Positions 29,065-38,527 of a stretch of 64,000 bases of DNA are shown one piece after another (position 1 is the first letter of the stretch; every line of letters starts with the position of its first letter). The translations under genes and the position numbers were made by a program. Under the pieces are notes generated by a model. It did no database searches. It had not been told where the DNA came from and saw only the letters and a list, made by a program, of their open reading frames with translations. Source of the stretch: a virus. The stretch lies in IMG/VR virus record IMGVR_UViG_3300046170_000446, positions 1-64,000 of that record; one strand, 5' to 3'.

Positions 29065-29119
29065 GAGCAAGAGCAAGGGCAAGGGCAAGGGCAAGGGCAA
29101 GGGCAAGGGCAAGAGCAAA
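29033..29119 (+). repeat. 9-bp (AAGAGCACC) then 6-bp (AAGGGC/AAGAGC) tandem microsatellite
   Basis: Directly visible; six AAGGGC units. Confidence 0.9.
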
Positions 29120-29178
29120 TAAGCCTCCTATGTCTCATATCTAATACTTATTTACCACTTTGAGAAAGAGTGACACCC

Positions 29179-29652
29179 ATGAATAAGACAGCTAAGATTA
29201 ATAATCTTATGGTGCGCCTTGCACGCCTCCAAAAGATCGCTAAAATACCTGCTATCGACGTTGTGCTTTGGTCTGAAAATACCGACATGCGCCACCGAGA
29301 TTTACAAGAGCACCACCGACAGAAAGTCAAAATCACCTCTCTTCCGCGTGTACTCGCCTCTATCGTAGGGAACATGGGTAACCGCATCCATGAAGAAGAT
29401 GATTGGAGCGACAGCGGGTTTGAAGTTGAAGGATGGGAAGAAAACCCTGTTTGGACTAACTCAAATGACATCTCTCTTGTCATCTCAAACCCTGATTTCC
29501 ACCGTACAGGTGAGGCTCTCTCTCTCTCTATCCGCAACTCTGATTACTACAAGATGTATGGCAAGCATCTGCCTCAGCCGATCATCGAAGAAATCGAGCA
29601 AGTGTTTGGCATTACAGGTAGAGATAAACTCACTTGGAGACAAGACCGATGA
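29179..29652 (+). CDS. Hypothetical protein with N-terminal KTAK..VRLARL..KIA tag
   Basis: MNKTAKINNLMVRLARLQKIAK. Confidence 0.75.
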   Translation: MNKTAKINNLMVRLARLQKIAKIPAIDVVLWSENTDMRHRDLQEHHRQKVKITSLPRVLASIVGNMGNRIHEEDDWSDSGFEVEGWEENPVWTNSNDISLVISNPDFHRTGEALSLSIRNSDYYKMYGKHLPQPIIEEIEQVFGITGRDKLTWRQDR

Positions 29653-30272
29653 GAAGACCACTTACAGTACAGCCCCCTTTCAAGACCTTAGTCTCTAATC
29701 TTAAAGGCGGGTCAGACCCTAGCAAAGGCGCAAGCGGTAATCCTCAAAAGTCCCGCATAGGCTTTAACCAGTCCAACATCGTAGGCGCTCGTCTACATAG
29801 CGGTATTAAAGTCACCAACGGCGCGGTGATAGACGTAGCAGATAGCCTCACCTATGACTTAACTGTTAAGGTGGTTGAAGGTGGCGGATACTCTGTCCCT
29901 AACAACTTGGAAGGCGACTCCGTTTTCTTAGGCGACGTAGAGATCAAAGAAGGTCTGCATTACGACGGGACTGCTGGTGACGATAACGCTACGGCTACAT
30001 CTCTCGCTACAGCGATTAATCGGATCAACGGCTATCGAGCAACCGCCGATAACAATGTCGTATATGTGGCGGGTTCTTTCGGTACAGACAGACCTAACCA
30101 ATATGAGGCGAAGATTATCACTCGTATAGGTGCGGCTAACTTCACGGTGTCTAACGATGACTCAGTGTATTCTAATCGCACTTTCGCTTTGAGTCGTGGT
30201 ACATATAATGGGGCAGGAACAGACGCAGGCTCTCACCTCAATAACATTAGGGGGCCTGAGATCATTACTTAA
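29649..30272 (+). CDS. Putative virion structural protein
   Basis: G/T/N/A-rich beta protein with DDNATATSLATAIN...ATADNNVVYV. Confidence 0.7.
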   Translation: MRRPLTVQPPFKTLVSNLKGGSDPSKGASGNPQKSRIGFNQSNIVGARLHSGIKVTNGAVIDVADSLTYDLTVKVVEGGGYSVPNNLEGDSVFLGDVEIKEGLHYDGTAGDDNATATSLATAINRINGYRATADNNVVYVAGSFGTDRPNQYEAKIITRIGAANFTVSNDDSVYSNRTFALSRGTYNGAGTDAGSHLNNIRGPEIIT

Positions 30273-30284
30273 TATGGAGTAGCG

Positions 30285-30947
30285 ATGAGCAAGCATTACG
30301 ACCCTAATCTTATCCCTAGAGGATCAGCTCGTATCAGGCTAACTGACGAAAAGGGTAAGCAACGGTGGAAAAGCACTGACGAAATCATGCCTACTGATCA
30401 GCTCCATATTAATCCAAAGACTGGCTTATATTACGGCATGAAGGGATCGCCTGGAAGAAAGAGCATCGTAGCTCTCAAACCTGCCTCCCCTGTAGTCGCA
30501 GAGCTCGTAAAGCGTAGATCAGTTGCGCTAGAGCAAGATGAAATCTTCCAAGCTACCCAACGTGACCCACAAAGCTCTCAAGTGCTCCATGAGGTTATGT
30601 TAGGGCTCATCGAGGAGACTGCTGTACTTAAGTTTGAGCGCGAAGAAGCAGAGCGCCAAGGTGAAGCTACGTCATCTCTATCTATGAGGCGAGTGCAAGC
30701 CCTTAAAGCGGTCGCTGATACATGGCTCAAAAGAAAAGAGCAGGTCAGCTCTAACATGATCGACCTAGAGTCAGACACCTTTGGGGCGCTCTTCGGACTT
30801 ATCTCTGAGACGTTTAAACAAGCGTGTACTGACTCAGGCTTACGCTCTGAGATGATAGACATGATCTTTGCTAAGTTTGCGAGTGCTCTTAATGAGGAGT
30901 GGGCTAGCGAAGCCAAAGCACGCATGAAGCGTAGCTCGGAGGACTAA
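30285..30947 (+). CDS. Probable terminase small subunit
   Basis: Helical 220-aa protein abutting TerL; call rests on position. Confidence 0.55.
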   Translation: MSKHYDPNLIPRGSARIRLTDEKGKQRWKSTDEIMPTDQLHINPKTGLYYGMKGSPGRKSIVALKPASPVVAELVKRRSVALEQDEIFQATQRDPQSSQVLHEVMLGLIEETAVLKFEREEAERQGEATSSLSMRRVQALKAVADTWLKRKEQVSSNMIDLESDTFGALFGLISETFKQACTDSGLRSEMIDMIFAKFASALNEEWASEAKARMKRSSED

Positions 30948-32768
30948 ATGGGTATGGGATTAAGTAGCCTCGCGCTAAAAGCTAATCAAGGAGGCGGGTC
31001 TGATGCAAAAGAAATCGCCCCTATCACGGAGTATATCGAAGCCCCTTGGGGGCTCAATATGCGCCTATTTCCTGTCCAAAAGGTGATCCTTAAAGCCCAC
31101 TATGGGCTAGAGCTTAGCGATAAAGACACTTTTGACGTTACGGATTGGCGAAGGTCTAATCCCCTTAAGCTCACAGAGAAACAATATCTCGAATATCTCT
31201 ACAACGAAGGGCGCTGTAATATTAAAGAGGTCATACCTGGGGTTGAGCGCCGAGAGATGATCCTGTCTATTGGTCGCCGTAGCGGTAAGACTACTATCTC
31301 TGCGTGCATCGCGGCTTATGAGACTTATAAGCTCATCTCTAAAGGCGATCCTCAGAAGTATTACGGACTGCCTAAGTCTAATAATATTCAGATTATCAGC
31401 GTAGCGACGGATAAAGACCAAGCAGGGCTCTTGTACCAAGAGGTGTCGGGTCACTACAAAAACTGCTCTTTCTTTGGCCCTTACACGGCTAACAACACCA
31501 TGTCGTATGCGAGGTTTCAGACTCCAATAGACATTGAGCGGTACGGTTCCTACTCAGAGGATCAGAACGCTAAGGCTACGATTAAGATTACGTTTAGGTC
31601 TTGCGTAGCAAAAGGTCTGCGTGGTGCTGGTAACATCGTGGTGATCCTTGACGAGGTAGCGCACTTTACTGACGCAGGGCAATCAGGAGCCGATGCGGTG
31701 TACAACGCGGTAGTCCCTTCTACCTCAGCGTTTTCACCTAAAGACCCCAAGGACTCTCGCGTGCCTATAGGGGAAGTTGAAGGTCGCGTAATCTTAATCT
31801 CTTCTCCTCTTGGTAAGCAGGGGATGTTTTATAAACTCTTCCAAATCGGCATGGGTAGCTCAGAAGCCGCTAAGAATATGCTTTGTGTGCAAGCGCCCAC
31901 ATGGGAAGTAAACCCTACTGTACCTGCGAGCGAGTTTGAGAAGCACTATCAGAAAGATGCTACGGTATTCTTTACCGAGTACGGCGGTGTATTCACTGAC
32001 CGCACTAGAGGTTGGTTAGAGGACTCTAAAGACCTAGACGCGTGTATAGATGACTCTTTAAAGCCTCAGAGCCGAGGAGCTTTCCGCCAGTCTTACTTTA
32101 TGGGGATTGACTTAGGGCTTGTGGGTGACGGTACTGCTATTGCCATAGGTCATGTGAACCATGAGGGCAAGATCGTCCTCGACCTCGTAGATCAGATTAA
32201 AGCTGGCGAGGGAGCACATGAGAGCAGAGAGAGATTAGACTTTGATGATGTAGCGGATTGGATCGAGGGCTACACTAAGAAGTTTCTTATCCAAGAGGGC
32301 ATCTTCGACCAATGGGCAGGTATTCCGCTAGAGCAAGCGTTAGAGAAGCGAGGGCTCAAACAGATGAAGTCGGTACACTTAACTAAGACGCTCAACTCTC
32401 AAATGTACCAAAACTTTAAAGACATGATATGGGACAAGCGCATTTCCTTTTACAATGCGCCCGTTAAAGACGGGGATGAATACTGCGACTACCTGAAAGA
32501 GCTTTTAGAGCTCCAGGCTGATAGGCAGAGTAAACACGTTGTGATTGTAGAAGCTCCTCAGCTAGCAGGGAAGCACGATGATCGCTCTGACGCGATAGCG
32601 CGTATGATATGGTTAGCGACTCAAAAGCTAGGTAAACAAGCATATGTCTCTAAAGGCGGGAACGCTGATCCTCGTATACAAAGTGCTTTAAGGAGGAAGG
32701 CTTCTTTGAGAGCGAGACGATCAGGTAGTCATTCCTCACGTATGATACCTAAGAAACGCAGGAGATGA
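30948..32768 (+). CDS. terL: Terminase large subunit
   Basis: LFPVQ, Walker A GRRSGKT, Walker B VVILDE, LISSP coupling motif, nuclease GIDLG...D...HDDRSDA. Confidence 0.93.
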   Translation: MGMGLSSLALKANQGGGSDAKEIAPITEYIEAPWGLNMRLFPVQKVILKAHYGLELSDKDTFDVTDWRRSNPLKLTEKQYLEYLYNEGRCNIKEVIPGVERREMILSIGRRSGKTTISACIAAYETYKLISKGDPQKYYGLPKSNNIQIISVATDKDQAGLLYQEVSGHYKNCSFFGPYTANNTMSYARFQTPIDIERYGSYSEDQNAKATIKITFRSCVAKGLRGAGNIVVILDEVAHFTDAGQSGADAVYNAVVPSTSAFSPKDPKDSRVPIGEVEGRVILISSPLGKQGMFYKLFQIGMGSSEAAKNMLCVQAPTWEVNPTVPASEFEKHYQKDATVFFTEYGGVFTDRTRGWLEDSKDLDACIDDSLKPQSRGAFRQSYFMGIDLGLVGDGTAIAIGHVNHEGKIVLDLVDQIKAGEGAHESRERLDFDDVADWIEGYTKKFLIQEGIFDQWAGIPLEQALEKRGLKQMKSVHLTKTLNSQMYQNFKDMIWDKRISFYNAPVKDGDEYCDYLKELLELQADRQSKHVVIVEAPQLAGKHDDRSDAIARMIWLATQKLGKQAYVSKGGNADPRIQSALRRKASLRARRSGSHSSRMIPKKRRR

Positions 32769-32772
32769 GACA

Positions 32773-33033
32773 ATGGCTAAGTTAGACGCAGACTATCCTT
32801 ACAGGGCTTACCACAGACACATTCAGTATATCCTCAAGCAGTACGGTAATGGGAGTAAGATTATCCATGAGCCAGCCAAGTACGAGAAGATTAATGTGGT
32901 GTTTAAACGCATGGGAGGCTCATGGGAGGGTGTCTTTAAGGGCAACCCTGATGACATTACACTCCTTAAGAAGGTCATTAAGATCGCGATTAAGAAGAAA
33001 ATCTTCACACCTAATACAAAGTTGAAGCCATGA
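32773..33033 (+). CDS. Hypothetical protein
   Basis: 86-aa ORF between TerL and portal. Confidence 0.7.
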   Translation: MAKLDADYPYRAYHRHIQYILKQYGNGSKIIHEPAKYEKINVVFKRMGGSWEGVFKGNPDDITLLKKVIKIAIKKKIFTPNTKLKP

Positions 33034-33287
33034 GACGACCTCGTTCATATTTACTCAAATCTAAGTTTGATGTAGAGATTGACTCTTATATTACGAACGC
33101 TCTGAGGGAGTTATCTAGGGCAGAGGAGGCTTGCAAAGGCTTCACTAAAACCAAAGATAACGCAGGGGTGACTCGTAGAAGAGCTCAGAGGGTACAGGAA
33201 GATATACAGCGTGCTGTTAGCCTGTTAAATAGCCTAAAGACAATATACCCTCTGTATGACTTAACAGATAAAGACCTCAAGGATTAA
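33030..33287 (+). CDS. Hypothetical protein
   Basis: 85-aa ORF with ATGA overlap. Confidence 0.7.
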   Translation: MRRPRSYLLKSKFDVEIDSYITNALRELSRAEEACKGFTKTKDNAGVTRRRAQRVQEDIQRAVSLLNSLKTIYPLYDLTDKDLKD

Positions 33288-33289
33288 GC

Positions 33290-34975
33290 ATGAAAAATCA
33301 GCAGGACGCAGACGAGATTAGAAAGATCCCGAAGCGGGCGAGTGTCCATGTAGGTAAGCCTCAAAAGATCGTTAAGACGGCAATGCTGTCTAAAACGGCT
33401 TTCGGTGCGTCCTCGGTCGGCGGTTCTGCGATGGGGTCAGGCGGTAACTTCTACTCTCCTGAGCTATCTACAGACTTTCTTGAGTTACCTCAGTCATTAG
33501 ACGAACAGCGTAACTATTACCGCTTCTTCTATCGGAACGACCCGTTCGTAGGTCAAGCTATTGACCTCCACACCGAGCTCCCCTTATCTAAGCTAAGATT
33601 AGGTATGCCTAAGGCAGAGAACAGAGCTATTGCAGAGCAGGCACTCAACTTCTGTGTGCGCTGGGCTAAGCGCGTAGGACTCTTACACCGTATGATTGAA
33701 ATCGTACATGATTACCACTTGGTGGGTGAGGTCTTTACTTTCTGCGAAGACACTTCACCTGATATGCCTGAAGATATCACTTACGAGGTCAAACGCGAGC
33801 TAGATAAGAAGGGCAACCCTGTCGAGAAAAAGGTAAAGCGTGAAGACCACGTAGAGCGTGAGGTCGCGTGGCTAAAGAAAAACTATAAAGGGTGGACGGC
33901 TATACGCGTATTGCCACCTGAACAAATACACATGGAGTCGTTCCCTTTCACAGATCAGAAGCTCATACAGCTTATACCTGACTCTAAAACAAAAGATCTG
34001 ATCTCTAGAGCAGATATGGGCGACCCCTCGGCTAAAACCGTAGCTAAGACGATGCCTGAAGATGTGATCAAAGCGATCCGTAGCGGTGATAATATACCAC
34101 TCAACACTGACCCTGACGCAGGGAGCTTCGTCCACTATATGGCGAGGAAGAAATCTCAATATGAGCCGAGAGGTCACTCAATCTTAGAGCGGTGTATTCG
34201 CACGCTTGTATATAGAGACAAGCTACGACAGGCGCAAACCTCTATCGCCTCAAGGCACATGACTCCTATCAGGATTGTGTACGCTGAGGACATGGACGCA
34301 ACAGATGTTGAGGAGCTGAGAGATCAGATTGACCTCGCGCTCGCTGACCCTGATTACTCGATTGTGGCTAACTACCAAATCAACTGGGAAGAGATGGGTG
34401 CAGACTCACGTCTCCTCAATCTAGACGGAGAGTATGAACTGTCTAATCGGCAACTCTACGCAGGGTTAGGAGTGACCGAGGGCTTGTTGAGCGGTGAGTC
34501 TAGCCACAGCGGTGAGCGCATCTCCCTTGAGGTAATCAACACTCGTTATATGCTCCTCCGAGAGCTTCTACAGGATATGGTAGAAGAAAATATGCTGAAG
34601 CCGATGTGTCGTCGCATGGGCTTCATTGAGACTAGAGATGGTGAAGATCAAGTCATCTACCCAACCCTTAGCTTTACCCGCCTCGCGATTAGAGATAATC
34701 GAGACACTTTTGACGCGCTCTTTAATCTTTATCAGAAGGGCTCTCTTGATGTAGACGTAATCTTAGAGCTCCTAAACATCGACCCAGTGATGACGAGAGA
34801 GAAGCTCAAGAAAGACCTGTTCACTCTCCAAGACTCTACATTTAATGAGGTCTTGCGTAGCGTGTACGGGGATGCCGCTCGCGATGTGGCGGAAAACTCA
34901 GACGCGGCTCAACGGATTGCGGCAGAGCTGGGGCTCATCTATGAAAAGAAGGAAGAGGACACAAACCGCTTCTAA
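33290..34975 (+). CDS. Portal protein
   Basis: 561 aa after TerL; YRNDPFVGQAIDLH, RGHSILERC, YAGLGV..GLLSG; portal-like helical pattern. Confidence 0.85.
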   Translation: MKNQQDADEIRKIPKRASVHVGKPQKIVKTAMLSKTAFGASSVGGSAMGSGGNFYSPELSTDFLELPQSLDEQRNYYRFFYRNDPFVGQAIDLHTELPLSKLRLGMPKAENRAIAEQALNFCVRWAKRVGLLHRMIEIVHDYHLVGEVFTFCEDTSPDMPEDITYEVKRELDKKGNPVEKKVKREDHVEREVAWLKKNYKGWTAIRVLPPEQIHMESFPFTDQKLIQLIPDSKTKDLISRADMGDPSAKTVAKTMPEDVIKAIRSGDNIPLNTDPDAGSFVHYMARKKSQYEPRGHSILERCIRTLVYRDKLRQAQTSIASRHMTPIRIVYAEDMDATDVEELRDQIDLALADPDYSIVANYQINWEEMGADSRLLNLDGEYELSNRQLYAGLGVTEGLLSGESSHSGERISLEVINTRYMLLRELLQDMVEENMLKPMCRRMGFIETRDGEDQVIYPTLSFTRLAIRDNRDTFDALFNLYQKGSLDVDVILELLNIDPVMTREKLKKDLFTLQDSTFNEVLRSVYGDAARDVAENSDAAQRIAAELGLIYEKKEEDTNRF

Positions 34976-34980
34976 CATGA

Positions 34981-35009
34981 TTGACATAAGATTAAACCCT
35001 TTCTAAGAT
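34981..35009 (+). promoter_or_regulatory. Sigma70 consensus promoter TTGACA-N17-TAAGAT
   Basis: Directly read; upstream of 35063. Confidence 0.7.
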
Positions 35010-35062
35010 TAGTGTCGGCATTTGCCACTACACACATACACAACACAGAAAGGGTTTGACTC

Positions 35063-35380
35063 ATGTCAAAACTCAAAGGTGATCTTTTAAAGTCTACATC
35101 AGGTAGGACTCCATACGAGGTTCGTCTCGAAGTTCTCCGCTTGGCTCAACACATTGCCGAAGATAAAGCTGAACGGCAGTTACAATACCTCCACACGCAA
35201 AACGACATCGCCCATAACTTTCTTCACCGAGACTATGAAGAGGGAGTTACGAGTGACAGAGCACAAGAGCTTGTCCAAACAGCTAAGGCGAACATTGACC
35301 AAATGTCTATGCCACAAATGGGCGTCGAAGAAGTCTTGAAAATCGCCAAGAAACTGAATAAGTTTATCTCAGAGGGATGA
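35063..35380 (+). CDS. Hypothetical protein (moron-like unit within the head module)
   Basis: RTPYEVRLEVLRLAQ...EEVLKIAKKLNKFISE; own promoter and downstream hairpin. Confidence 0.8.
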   Translation: MSKLKGDLLKSTSGRTPYEVRLEVLRLAQHIAEDKAERQLQYLHTQNDIAHNFLHRDYEEGVTSDRAQELVQTAKANIDQMSMPQMGVEEVLKIAKKLNKFISEG

Positions 35381-35395
35381 ACATTAGAGGGTGAT

Positions 35396-35451
35396 CTCTC
35401 CTGCTCGCTTAACCTTGTATAAAATACACAGAGGTAAAGTGAGCAGGAGAG
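35396..35451 (+). promoter_or_regulatory. Long hairpin sequestering the SD (AGGAG) of 35461
   Basis: CTCTCCTGCTC (35396-35406) / GAGCAGGAGAG (35441-35451) plus inner pairs; TGTATAAAATACA at apex. Confidence 0.65.
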
Positions 35452-35460
35452 TATTATCTT

Positions 35461-37239
35461 ATGAAGCCATACGAGTTTACAGGGGAACTCTACCCCATAA
35501 TGTCTCCCAAGTTTAATCTCAGAGAGATATGTAAGCAGATCGTCTTATTAGAAGACCACCTCAATCAAGTTAAGAAGAGGTGTCCTGACTGCATAAGAAA
35601 ACACCTCCTCACGATAGAAGGGCTCTTTGAAGAGGCGATCAGTTTAGATACTGAGGGTACACTCGCTAAGCAGATAGAGCGAGCGCCTGATTACTTTAGA
35701 TACCTACAAGAGCGTTGGGTGGACGGGGCTGACGAGCGCAAGATTGCTCAAGCGATCCGTAAGATTAGGAAAGGGCTCTCCCCCCTATGCTTCGACATGA
35801 GGAAGACAGCCAGCTCATACGAGCCCCCTCTCAATCAAGTCTTACTCAAGCAAGCGAGCAGAAACCTGGAGAGGTTTGTAGGCGCTAGCCCTTCAAGAGT
35901 CGCTCTCAGGTTTATCGTAGCGTCTAAGACAGAAGCCGAGAAAGAGGACAAAGAAATCGGCACGAAGGTTCGTAAAGAGCCCCGTAAGCTCCCTCCTCAC
36001 GTAGGCACACGTAGCAAGTACATTGGTAAAGACGTAGACTCTCGCGACCCTGACATGGAAGGAGTAGGCAAGAGTGAAGGAGGTGACCCTGACCTTTTCC
36101 GCAAAAGAAAAGCAGGGCAGAGACGTAAAAAAAAGATAATCACTCGCTTCCCCAACCAATTCTATAAAGACTTAGCTGACGTTAAGGTTAAAAACCCTAA
36201 TACTAAGCGCGAAGTGCTCTTATCTTCCCTTAAGCCTAAAGAGGATGCTAAACATCAAAAGATTGTCCAGCGATATTACGAGAAGTGGAAAGCTGAGAGG
36301 AAAAAGAAGAAGCGAGAGACTAACGTAGACCTCTCTAGAGGTATAGGTGTGGCTTTTGGTGATGTCAGGGCTATGTCTAAAGAGAACAGAGAGAAAGCCT
36401 ACGACAACGCGCACGACTTATTTGTAAAGAAGAAAAGCACTACAGGCGGGGCGCTGATGAAGAAGGTTGCTCTCTTAGGAGTAGCTCAGATTGTAGAGGG
36501 CGACAAAGAGACAGAGTTTACAGTCGCAGACGGTGCGATTAAGAGGCTCATCGCTAATGCAGAGAAAAAGGGCAAAACGCGAAGAGAGAGAGGGCTCGCT
36601 GTTAAGCAAGCAACACAGCTCTATACGAACCCTTTATCAGAAGAGTCCCGCCAGGCGATGATTGCGAGTATGGACGGGATGTCTATAAGCGAGATTACAG
36701 GGCTGACAGACTCAAAAGCCGTAGGCGACATTGAGGATATGATAAAGGATTTCGACCAAGAAGACCCTTACGGTCGGAATAATCTTAAGCTCACTAATGA
36801 GCAAAGGAAGATTAATAAGAAAGACCATGAAGACGCTCGCAACAGGATGATTGACATTCTGAAGAAAGCCGCCGCCTCAGGGATGCTCGAAGAGTGTTTA
36901 AAGGTTTACAATGAGATGGAAAAAATCATGCAGGGGAAGAAGACTACTGGAAAGGGAAGCACTAAGTCGAAGTCTCAAAGCTCCTCTCCGTCTTCGAGTA
37001 AACCAGCAAAGTCTAAAAGTAAAACTTTAACGAAGTCTAAGATTAAGCCTCTAACAAGGTCGCAACTTAAAGACTTTAAGAGTATACAATTGAAGATGCT
37101 TGAGGAGCTCAAAGAAAAAGCAACATGGCTATCTTCTGAGCAAAGACGAGCTTTAAACAAGGCTCTTCGTGAAAGAGAGCCGAAACTCTTTTACGACTCA
37201 CACCCAAGCGCCGAAGAGGTATTAGCAGAGAGAAAATGA
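35461..37239 (+). CDS. Putative virion protein: N-terminal H/CxxC/H metal-binding helical domain plus basic region
   Basis: FNLREICKQIVLLEDHL...RCPDCIRKHLLTIEGL; KTAS, KQAS, RVALRFIVAS motifs. Confidence 0.8.
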   Translation: MKPYEFTGELYPIMSPKFNLREICKQIVLLEDHLNQVKKRCPDCIRKHLLTIEGLFEEAISLDTEGTLAKQIERAPDYFRYLQERWVDGADERKIAQAIRKIRKGLSPLCFDMRKTASSYEPPLNQVLLKQASRNLERFVGASPSRVALRFIVASKTEAEKEDKEIGTKVRKEPRKLPPHVGTRSKYIGKDVDSRDPDMEGVGKSEGGDPDLFRKRKAGQRRKKKIITRFPNQFYKDLADVKVKNPNTKREVLLSSLKPKEDAKHQKIVQRYYEKWKAERKKKKRETNVDLSRGIGVAFGDVRAMSKENREKAYDNAHDLFVKKKSTTGGALMKKVALLGVAQIVEGDKETEFTVADGAIKRLIANAEKKGKTRRERGLAVKQATQLYTNPLSEESRQAMIASMDGMSISEITGLTDSKAVGDIEDMIKDFDQEDPYGRNNLKLTNEQRKINKKDHEDARNRMIDILKKAAASGMLEECLKVYNEMEKIMQGKKTTGKGSTKSKSQSSSPSSSKPAKSKSKTLTKSKIKPLTRSQLKDFKSIQLKMLEELKEKATWLSSEQRRALNKALREREPKLFYDSHPSAEEVLAERK

Positions 37240-37304
37240 AGTCTCGTTTTATCTTCTATTAAAGCCCCTTTTAGTAAAACACCATTCCCACAGGAGTAAT
37301 CCCT

Positions 37305-38165
37305 ATGTCTAGGATCATCACCGCGTCACAAAGAAACAAGATCGCATCGACTCTCGACCACATTGCAGAGATTTTCGAGAAGAGTGCTTCTCAGCTCGGC
37401 ATCCCTCAGAGCGTTGGTACTGATTTCGCTTACCGTTGCGACCTCCTCTCAGACGCTATTGAGAAGAACGCAAGCAAGAACACCACCATGACTGAAGCAC
37501 GTAGATTTGACCCTTCACAGGTCGGTCAGCGCACTCAAGGCCCTCTTCGCATGGACGACGAGGACACTTACCTCAGCAATGAGTTTACAGGTGAGGAGTT
37601 CTCAGCTCTCTCAGACATGATTGAGCATGGTCACAACTTCCATGAGGTTTCTCTCCTTGAGGGTGAGACTGAGGAAGAGGATAACTTCCTCGTAGACGAG
37701 AAAGCACTCTCTAAGATGGCTTTTGATCTCTTTGCCTCTGACGAAGACGAAGAGGATGAGGATGAGGACGAAGAGGATGAGGGCGAGGATGAGGACGAGG
37801 ACGAAGAGGATGAGGGCGAGGATGAGGACGAGGATGAGGACGAGGATGAGGATGAGGACGAGAAGACTCAAAAGAAAGCTCGCCTGATCCTCGCGGCACT
37901 TAATCTTATCGCCTCTGAAGAGGACGACGAAGATGAGGACGAGGATGAGGACGACGAAGATGAAGACGACGAGGATGAAGACGACGAGGATGAAGACGAC
38001 GATGGTAAATCTGCCGTCCAGCACCTCAAGCCTGCTCACCGCCGAAAGCTCAGCCAGTCTGCGAAGAAAGCTCACAGAAGCACTCGTAAGAAGCAAACAC
38101 AGTCTACGCGCACTCAGCAGAACAAAGCCCGTAAGCGTTCACGCTCTCGCGGAGCAAACGTCTAA
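37305..38165 (+). CDS. Putative head core protein with long D/E tracts and basic tail
   Basis: IITAS, KIAS, KSAS, KNAS; two poly-D/E tracts. Confidence 0.8.
   Translation: MSRIITASQRNKIASTLDHIAEIFEKSASQLGIPQSVGTDFAYRCDLLSDAIEKNASKNTTMTEARRFDPSQVGQRTQGPLRMDDEDTYLSNEFTGEEFSALSDMIEHGHNFHEVSLLEGETEEEDNFLVDEKALSKMAFDLFASDEDEEDEDEDEEDEGEDEDEDEEDEGEDEDEDEDEDEDEDEKTQKKARLILAALNLIASEEDDEDEDEDEDDEDEDDEDEDDEDEDDDGKSAVQHLKPAHRRKLSQSAKKAHRSTRKKQTQSTRTQQNKARKRSRSRGANV
37739..38003 (+). repeat. Coding GAN-triplet low-complexity repeat (poly-Asp/Glu)
   Basis: GATGAGGACGAG-type repeats in two blocks. Confidence 0.85.
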
Positions 38166-38188
38166 TATTAAGGCGCTAAGGTAAGATT

Positions 38189-38512
38189 ATGAGAAAGCAC
38201 AGCCACTATACAAACTATCAGCAGTCTGCTCTCCGCTTCTCAGTAGGAGATACCGTCAGACCCAGCGTTAACGGTATATCAGACAACGCTATATACGGTG
38301 AGGTAGTTGCTGTCTTTCCCGCTATCGGTATGGTTGACGTACAGTATACAGAAGGTGTGAAAAGACACCCTGTAGAAGACGTAGCACATACTGATAAGAG
38401 GCCACTCGGATTAGATGACACCCCCGCTGGCGGTCAAGGTGTCTCTTTACCGAACAGCTCATTAGTAAGAAAAGTGGCTTCTCGATATTTGCGTATACTC
38501 GCTGAGAAGTAA
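38189..38512 (+). CDS. Small SH3-like protein with C-terminal RKVASRYL tag
   Basis: FSVGDTV...GEVVAVFPAIGMVDVQY; SLVRKVASRYLR. Confidence 0.8.
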   Translation: MRKHSHYTNYQQSALRFSVGDTVRPSVNGISDNAIYGEVVAVFPAIGMVDVQYTEGVKRHPVEDVAHTDKRPLGLDDTPAGGQGVSLPNSSLVRKVASRYLRILAEK

Positions 38513-38527
38513 GAGGCGGTAATAGAT

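Noticed and set aside
29033-29119. Repeat array as CRISPR
   Set aside because: 6-9 bp tandem units with no spacers. No cas operon is present, and the 12467 nuclease sits in a recombination context.
30948-34975. Inteins or introns in TerL and portal
   Set aside because: Lengths and motif spacing look normal; no splicing motifs or homing endonuclease seen.
37611-38184. Hydrophobic, PH-repeat and MRT-repeat ORFs
   Set aside because: Alternative frames of the poly-D/E coding repeat.
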